Of a stretch of DNA of 64,000 nt, positions 58,144 to 64,000 are shown piece by piece. The DNA lies in contig JBNKTL010000023.1 in assembly GCA_050298055.1 (NCBI GenBank), positions 1 to 64,000 of the forward strand. The letters are read 5' to 3'. The notes below the pieces were generated by a model that saw only the letters and a list, made by a program, of their open reading frames with translations, did no database searches and had not been told where the DNA came from. The position numbers were made by a program, and so were the translations under genes. Position 1 is the stretch's first letter, and each line of letters opens with the position of its first letter. This stretch comes from Spirochaetota bacterium. Its GTDB lineage: Bacteria > Spirochaetota > UBA4802 > UBA5550.

Positions 58144-58635
58144 ATGAAACATTCCAGAATCTGGAAAATGGAAAACAACGTCGACACCGACCAGGTCATT
58201 GCTTCGCAATACCTGCAGATCGCCACCATTGATGAAATGATGAGACACACCTTTGAAACCGCCCGCGCGGGTTTCGCGGGGAACTTCCAGAGCGGTGACA
58301 TCATTGTGGCAGGTGAAAACTTCGGATGCGGTTCATCCAGGGAACAGGCACCTGCCGTGCTGAAAGCGCTGGGAACAGGGGCCGTGGTGGCGAAGTCCTT
58401 TGCCAGGATCTTTTACAGAAATGCAGTCAATATAGGCCTGGACCTCATTGTCTGCGGGGAGATTCATGAAGATGTCCGGGACGGGGACAGGGCGGAACTT
58501 CTCAGGGAAAAGGGGAAGATCATTGTAAAGAATAAGAGCTATACCTTTGAGAGCTTTCCGGCAAACATCAGGGAGATCATTTCACAGGGCGGTTTGATCA
58601 GTATGATCAACAGCAGATACGTAAAGAATAAATGA
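58144..58635 (+). CDS. leuD: Aconitase-family small subunit (3-isopropylmalate/homoaconitate dehydratase small subunit, archaeal-type short form)
   Basis: ENFGCGSSREQAP motif. 163 aa. RBS GGGAGG. Confidence 0.8.
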   Translation: MKHSRIWKMENNVDTDQVIASQYLQIATIDEMMRHTFETARAGFAGNFQSGDIIVAGENFGCGSSREQAPAVLKALGTGAVVAKSFARIFYRNAVNIGLDLIVCGEIHEDVRDGDRAELLREKGKIIVKNKSYTFESFPANIREIISQGGLISMINSRYVKNK

Positions 58636-58656
58636 AAATTATACAGGAGAAAAAAA

Positions 58657-59922
58657 ATGGCAATGACAATAACGGAAAAAATTCTGGCAAAGGCTTCAGG
58701 CAGGGAGAGTGTCAGGCCCGGTGAAATCGTAAGTGTCAGGCCTCACTGGATAATGGCTAACGATGCCACAACTCATATATCCATTGATATCTTTGAAAAT
58801 CAAATTGAGGCGGAGAAAATATCTGTGCCCGAAAGGACTGTCTTCATCATAGACCACAATGTGCCGGTCAATGACATAAAGACAGCGGAGGTCCATTCAA
58901 AGATGAAGTGCTTCGCGGAGAAGCAGGGCATAAAAAACTACCATAACGGCGAGGGTGTCTGTCACCAGGTTCTCCTTGAGAGGTATGCTTTACCCGGTGA
59001 TATTATCATCGGCGCGGATTCTCACACCTGTACTATGGGCGCCGTGGGAGCATTCGGAACGGGCATGGGATCAACGGACATTATTGCCGCAATGACCACA
59101 GGTGAAACATGGCTCAGGGTCCCCGAATCGATCAGGGTTTATTGTGAGGGAACATTTGAGAGGGGCGTATTTGCAAGAGACCTGATCTTAAGAATAATCG
59201 GGGATATGAAATCCGACGGGGCCACCTACCGCGCAATTGAATTCACCGGGCCTGCCGTGAAAAACATGTCTCTCGGTGAACGGGCGGTCCTGTGCAATAT
59301 GGCTGTTGAGGCGGGAGCAAAAAACGGTATTGTTGAAGCGGATGATAAAACTCTTGAGTTTATGAAAATAAATGGAAGAGACTTTTCCGGTGAGATTTTT
59401 CAGAGCGATAAGGATGCAAAGTATTGCAATGAATATAAATACAATCTTGCGGATATTGGTCCTGCTGTTGTCTTTCCCCATAGTGTGGATAACTATCATC
59501 CGGTCAGTGATGCTGTTGGCCGGGGCATCAGGATAGACCAGGGATTCATCGGGTCGTGCAACAATGGAAGGATTGAGAACCTCAGGGAGGCCGCTGATGT
59601 TTTAAAGGGAAACAGGGTCAAGAGGGGAACAAAGCTTCTGATCTCCCCTGCTTCTCAGAGCATTTACCGGGAAGCAGCCAGGGAAGGTCTCATGGAGATA
59701 TTTATTCAGGCGGGGGCAACTGTCCTGAATCCCAGTTGCAGTTCATGCTGGGGGGGCTGCCAGGGAATTCTTGCGGCGGGAGAGAACGCTGTCTCAACAG
59801 CCACGAGAAATTTCCGGGGGAGGACAGGTTCTCCCGATTCAAAGCTTTACCTTGCATCGGCGGCAACGGTTGCGGCTTCCTGTATACAGGGAACTGTGGC
59901 GGACCCCAGGGAATATTTGTGA
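58657..59922 (+). CDS. leuC: Aconitase-family large subunit (3-isopropylmalate/homoaconitate dehydratase large subunit, short form)
   Basis: ADSHTCTMGAVGAFGTGMGSTD and GSCNNGR...CSSCWG Fe-S ligand motifs. The substrate (isopropylmalate, homocitrate or citramalate) cannot be resolved from sequence alone. Confidence 0.85.
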   Translation: MAMTITEKILAKASGRESVRPGEIVSVRPHWIMANDATTHISIDIFENQIEAEKISVPERTVFIIDHNVPVNDIKTAEVHSKMKCFAEKQGIKNYHNGEGVCHQVLLERYALPGDIIIGADSHTCTMGAVGAFGTGMGSTDIIAAMTTGETWLRVPESIRVYCEGTFERGVFARDLILRIIGDMKSDGATYRAIEFTGPAVKNMSLGERAVLCNMAVEAGAKNGIVEADDKTLEFMKINGRDFSGEIFQSDKDAKYCNEYKYNLADIGPAVVFPHSVDNYHPVSDAVGRGIRIDQGFIGSCNNGRIENLREAADVLKGNRVKRGTKLLISPASQSIYREAAREGLMEIFIQAGATVLNPSCSSCWGGCQGILAAGENAVSTATRNFRGRTGSPDSKLYLASAATVAASCIQGTVADPREYL

Positions 59923-59991
59923 AGTTTTGTGAAATACCAGGTTTCGTTTCCGGGAAACGGCCTTTACGGCCGTCTCCCGGTATAGTCTCTC

Positions 59992-61575
59992 TTAATAGGG
60001 AGTAAATGTAATCACTGTCCCTGAAGCCGGGAAACTCGCAACATTGAGAGTTGAACTTCCGGGGACCGATGAAGAACCCGTAAGGCCGTCAATGTAATTT
60101 GGTTCCAGGATCGCTTCTCCCTTAATCCCGATGGAAGCGGAATAATTGTATGTCCCGCCGAAGAAGGCCGTATCATAAACAAACTCTATCACATTGCTTG
60201 TCTCGTAGAGCCGAAGCTGAAAGGTTGCCCATGTTGTCCCTGTTGAATCACCGTAGGGACTCACCTTGTTCCACTCGATGATAAAGACCCTGTTGGGCGC
60301 GGTGCCCTGGGTCAGGTACCTGATCCGTCCCATGGGCCCCGATGAATAGACAAGTCTCAGGTCGTCCCACCAGAGAGCAAGGACGTTATTCGGGTTGCTG
60401 GTTGTATACAGGTAGGTATTTGACCAGCAGAGTAAACTTGTCCCGAACTCCGCAATTCCCTTTGTGCTCACATGAATATCCGTATAGGGACTTCCCATGT
60501 AGTTAAATGTAAAGGGCAGGGAGATGGTAGTTATCACGTCCCCCGCGTCATAGGCCCATATGTCAACTGCTCCCGGCAGCCCGATGATGGATGTAAACGT
60601 TCCCGGAGAAGGTGAAGGCGGGCTGTACTGGGTATCCGCCTGGACCGTGTCCATATTCATATTCGTGCCCGTAACATCAGATGGGTTAATTGCATTGTAA
60701 ACAGGGTCTGAGGTCACGGTACCGGTTACGATAGTAAAGGACTTGTTCGTGTCGACGGTTGAATCCGCCACACCCTGGATGGACACGGTTTTCGCCATGA
60801 ACCAGTTTGACGCGTTGAATTCAACCCGCGCGGTTGGACAGTCACCGTCAGGCCCCAGGACATCCCCTGAGACCAGGACTACTGCTTCTGCGGGTGTGTC
60901 GCTTTCCAGGCAGACCTTTAACAGGCTCTGGGGCTGGGACGCCAGGGAAACAGAAAATGACGATGTTGTACCGGATTCATTAACGGTAATGCCCGATACG
61001 GGGGAGACGTTTATTCCCGCGGACACGTCATCATCCGTGGTTATCCCCCCCACGTCTGCGGGATCAACCCTGTCAAACTCACTGTCCGTGCTGATAGTAC
61101 TCTGTGTAATAATGGTAAACCCGGTATTGCCGTCGGATTGGGCATCGTCCACACCGGCTATTATCACGGTTTTCGCGTGGTTCCAGTCAAGGGGAGTAAA
61201 CTCCACCCTGGCAGAAACACAGTCTGTGTCCGGACCCAGCACGTCACCGCTGATCACTATTTCTGCTTCCGTGGTATCGCTGCTGGAAAGACATATTTTA
61301 ACATTATCGGCGGGCTGACTATCAAGAACAATGGTAAAGGAATCAGTTGTTCCGGTTTCGCTTACGCTCAGGGACGTTCCGGTCACCGTTACAATACCAT
61401 TTCCCGGATTTGATGTTGAGGTTCCGTTTGTGGTTAAATTATCCGGATCAACGGGGTTCTCAATTCTTTCACATGATGCTGAGATGATTGTGAGAGTTGT
61501 TATAAGTATAAAACCGATTATACTTCTGAATGATACATTTTCCTTCCCTTCAAATAACTTGCTTAATATTTTCAT
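59992..61575 (-). CDS. Secreted protein with two ~100-aa tandem beta-sandwich repeats (Calx-beta/cadherin-like), unknown function
   Basis: Signal peptide. Repeats VSETGTTDSFTIVLDSQPADNVKICLSSSDTTEAEIVISGDVLGPDTDC... and VNESGTTSSFSVSLASQPQSLLKVCLESDTPAEAVVLVSGDVLGPDGDC... Confidence 0.6.
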   Translation of the reverse strand: MKILSKLFEGKENVSFRSIIGFILITTLTIISASCERIENPVDPDNLTTNGTSTSNPGNGIVTVTGTSLSVSETGTTDSFTIVLDSQPADNVKICLSSSDTTEAEIVISGDVLGPDTDCVSARVEFTPLDWNHAKTVIIAGVDDAQSDGNTGFTIITQSTISTDSEFDRVDPADVGGITTDDDVSAGINVSPVSGITVNESGTTSSFSVSLASQPQSLLKVCLESDTPAEAVVLVSGDVLGPDGDCPTARVEFNASNWFMAKTVSIQGVADSTVDTNKSFTIVTGTVTSDPVYNAINPSDVTGTNMNMDTVQADTQYSPPSPSPGTFTSIIGLPGAVDIWAYDAGDVITTISLPFTFNYMGSPYTDIHVSTKGIAEFGTSLLCWSNTYLYTTSNPNNVLALWWDDLRLVYSSGPMGRIRYLTQGTAPNRVFIIEWNKVSPYGDSTGTTWATFQLRLYETSNVIEFVYDTAFFGGTYNYSASIGIKGEAILEPNYIDGLTGSSSVPGSSTLNVASFPASGTVITFTPY

Positions 61576-61849
61576 TACGCTATCCTCGTTTTATGGGGCC
61601 TCCTCTGACGTACTCATATTTCCTTTTCAGGATTAGTGTTTCCAATTACTTAATATATAGTAAATTTCGAAAATGTGTATATTTTTTTGGGAAAAAATGT
61701 AATTTTTTTAATTTTCTTCATAATTTGTTTATTCAGTTTTTTCTATAATTTCATGATTGGAATGAGAAGGTCTACGACCTGTTAGGTGGTCTTTTAATAA
61801 TCTGGTTGATCCTGTGATCCTGTCTATTCGGAATGAGCATAATATTTTA

Positions 61850-64000
61850 TTACAGCGAAAAGTAAAATGTTGCGCCATGGCCGGTCTTTCCCTCGGCCCA
61901 GGTTCGCCCCCCATGCCGGGCAATAATGCGGCGCACATTGGCCATTCCGATACCGGTTCCCTCGAACTCCTCAGCATGGTGCAGGCGCTGGAATACGCCG
62001 AACAGCTTGTCCGCGTAGTCCATGTCGAACCCGACACCGTTATCACGCACAAAAACCACGGTTTTGGAGTCCTGGCCGGGAAGCGATCCGATTTCAATTC
62101 TGGCCTGCTTCCGGGGCCGGGTGAATTTCAAAGCATTGGAAATCAAGTTCACCATGACGGTCCGCAGCATGGACTCATCGCCGCTGACCACAGGAAGATC
62201 GGCAATATGCCAATCGATGTTTCTTTCAGCGGTATCCGGTTCACATTCATGCAGTATTTCGCGCACCAGCCTCCCCAGATCGACCTGTTGCACTGCCACG
62301 GCATGGTGCCCCATCCGGGAAAAGGAGAGCAGATCGTCGATCAACCGTCCCATTTTTTTTACCGCATCGGAAATAATCTTCATGTAACGCCGGTTCTTTT
62401 CGTTAAGTGTTGTTCCCGCGTTCTCTTGCAGCATTTTCAGGAAACCGTCAATATGGCGAAGAGGCGCCCGCAGGTCATGTGAGACCGAGTAGGCAAAGGC
62501 CTCCAGTTCTTTGTTGGCGGATTCAAGTTGCGCGGTCCTGCGCCGGACACGCTGTTCCAGTTCCCGGTTAAGCTGGCGGATCTCCTCTTCCGCCCGCTTG
62601 TGCTGAATGGCCAGCGCATAGAATTCGGCAATACGGTTGACAGCGTCTAAATCCCGGTCCGTATAAGGATGGCTTGAATTCCAGAGAGCAATAAGTCCTA
62701 TCAGTTCCCCTGTCAGTAAAACAGGAACCGCTAAAAATTTTTCAATGACCGGATGCCCTTCCGGGACACCAGACGATGCAGGATGTTTTGACGGAGCATT
62801 GGTATAAAACGGCTCCTTTGTTTCCTGAGCATGACGACACAATCTGTTATGGAGACCAACATCACTTCGATAATCTATTATATTACTCAACTCTTCTTCC
62901 GGCAGTGAGCATCCGGATCGCATCACTTTCGTAAAAGAAAAGGCGATATGATCTCCGCTTACCGGGTCGATCTCAGCAACGTAGCCCTGAGCGCTGCCGG
63001 TCAACTCACTGCTTTTCTCCAGTACCAGGTCCGCGATTTCCCCGATGCCTGTCCCGGGACTCACAAGAGGTACATACAGTGATGAGAGCGCCTTATTAAT
63101 ATCCAGGTTCCAGGCAATTTTATCCTCCGACTGCCTTCGTTCGGTAATATTCATGTGAATCCCAACCAGCCGCAGCGGCCTGCCGTCAGAATCGTATTCG
63201 ACGACTTTCCCGTGGTCCTGCAACCAGACCCAATCCCCTGTTTTACTGCGGGCGCGGTATTCGTCAATATGGTAGTAGGGGTTCCGGCCGGCCACGTGAT
63301 CATCAAAGGCTTTTCGCTGCTTTATTCTGCCCTCCGGGTGTATCCATGACCACCAGGTCTCAGTATCTATCTTTATTTCATCCGGCGAGTAGCCAAGCAT
63401 TTCAAGCCAGCCGTCATCAACAACAAGTGTATTTTTTTGAATATTAAAATCAAAAATACCGAGACCCGCGCTTTTCAGGGCCAATTGCATCCATTCTTCC
63501 TTTTCCCTCAACCTGTTCTCAGATGTTTTTAACGCGTGCTCCACCTTCTTGTGGTCCGTAATATCCCTGCCGATACACCGGTATCCCAAAAGATCTCCGT
63601 TCTCATTAAGTATTGGTACGCCCCTTGTTTCCACTAAAACATTTTCATCGTTTTTGTGGATACAATTCATTACAAATTGTGGAATTTTCTTTTTTGAACG
63701 GGCTATATTTGAGAACTTTTTTCTTATTTTTTCCGCCTGCCGTGGTACCGTAAAATCAAAGGGTGTTTTTCCAAGGATCTCTTCCGGGTCATATCCCAAA
63801 ACATCCCAGACTTTCCTGCTGGAATACGTATAAACGCCATTCTGATCAACTTCCCATATCCAGTCACTGGTTATCTCCGCCAGGGAAGAAAATCGTTCTT
63901 TGCTTTCTTTAAGAGATTTTTCGAGGTTTTGCTGTTCAAGTACGGTCTTATCCAACTCTTGTACTTTTTGGATTAGTTCTTCATAGGTCGGCTTATCAGT
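61850..64000 (-). CDS. Multi-PAS/GAF sensor histidine kinase, 5'-truncated by the window edge
   Basis: HisKA H-box SHDLRAPLRHIDGF. HATPase G-boxes DNGVGFD and GTGIGMA. At least three PAS-like repeats. The reading frame stays open from the track's TTG at 63955 to position 64000, so the true start lies outside the window. Confidence 0.85.
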   Translation of the reverse strand, partial: TDKPTYEELIQKVQELDKTVLEQQNLEKSLKESKERFSSLAEITSDWIWEVDQNGVYTYSSRKVWDVLGYDPEEILGKTPFDFTVPRQAEKIRKKFSNIARSKKKIPQFVMNCIHKNDENVLVETRGVPILNENGDLLGYRCIGRDITDHKKVEHALKTSENRLREKEEWMQLALKSAGLGIFDFNIQKNTLVVDDGWLEMLGYSPDEIKIDTETWWSWIHPEGRIKQRKAFDDHVAGRNPYYHIDEYRARSKTGDWVWLQDHGKVVEYDSDGRPLRLVGIHMNITERRQSEDKIAWNLDINKALSSLYVPLVSPGTGIGEIADLVLEKSSELTGSAQGYVAEIDPVSGDHIAFSFTKVMRSGCSLPEEELSNIIDYRSDVGLHNRLCRHAQETKEPFYTNAPSKHPASSGVPEGHPVIEKFLAVPVLLTGELIGLIALWNSSHPYTDRDLDAVNRIAEFYALAIQHKRAEEEIRQLNRELEQRVRRRTAQLESANKELEAFAYSVSHDLRAPLRHIDGFLKMLQENAGTTLNEKNRRYMKIISDAVKKMGRLIDDLLSFSRMGHHAVAVQQVDLGRLVREILHECEPDTAERNIDWHIADLPVVSGDESMLRTVMVNLISNALKFTRPRKQARIEIGSLPGQDSKTVVFVRDNGVGFDMDYADKLFGVFQRLHHAEEFEGTGIGMANVRRIIARHGGRTWAEGKTGHGATFYFSL

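Noticed and set aside
60743-61318. 191-aa plus-strand ORF inside the repeat-protein gene
   Set aside because: Antisense. The sense strand has a signal peptide and two coherent 100-aa repeats.
61814-62482. Plus-strand ORFs (61814..62482, 62022..62387) within the PAS/GAF histidine kinase gene
   Set aside because: Antisense to the HATPase/HisKA region.
1-64000. CRISPR arrays, integrases/transposases, reverse transcriptases, prophage structural genes
   Set aside because: Looked for regularly spaced short repeats and for recombinase or RT motifs in all long ORFs. None found. Accessory regions here lack an identifiable mobility gene within the window.

Overview
About 64 kb of bacterial chromosome with GC near 45-50% and frequent AGG/AGA arginine codons. 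Gene content suggests an anaerobic Desulfobacterota/Deltaproteobacteria-like organism: a tungsten-type aldehyde:ferredoxin oxidoreductase, PAS/GAF/HAMP sensors, PP2C/STAS partner-switching modules, chemoreceptors and an LVIVD surface protein. This taxonomic guess is inference only.

I call about 55 protein-coding genes. The coding regions on the opposite strand of long genes are composition artefacts and are listed as rejected.

Features not reflected in the ORF track:
1. A tRNA array at 4.82-5.25 kb. It holds canonical tRNA-Ala(UGC) and tRNA-Glu(UUC), a type-I tRNA with an unexpected UAG anticodon, and a 92-nt tRNA-like element that has an acceptor stem and T-arm but no D-arm. Further tRNA fragments lie at 5.88-5.95 kb. 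Low-GC accessory DNA flanks the array on the left.
2. Two paralogous acidic small proteins (3600..4070 and 22397..22999) of unknown family. The second sits in a low-GC islet beside a HEPN/MNT pair and is bracketed by imperfect direct repeats of 60-75 bp, which gives it a cassette-like appearance.
3. A 48-bp perfect palindrome with nested half-site repeats upstream of typA.
4. An aldehyde:ferredoxin oxidoreductase fused to a C-terminal MoaD/ThiS-like domain ending in Gly-Gly.
5. Several small repeated GC-hairpin elements and a 31-nt motif at the 3' ends of two genes.
6. Small ORFs with their own RBS and terminator that the ORF track misses.

I found no CRISPR array, integrase, transposase or reverse transcriptase. 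All functional calls are motif-based inference from the translations. No database searches were run.
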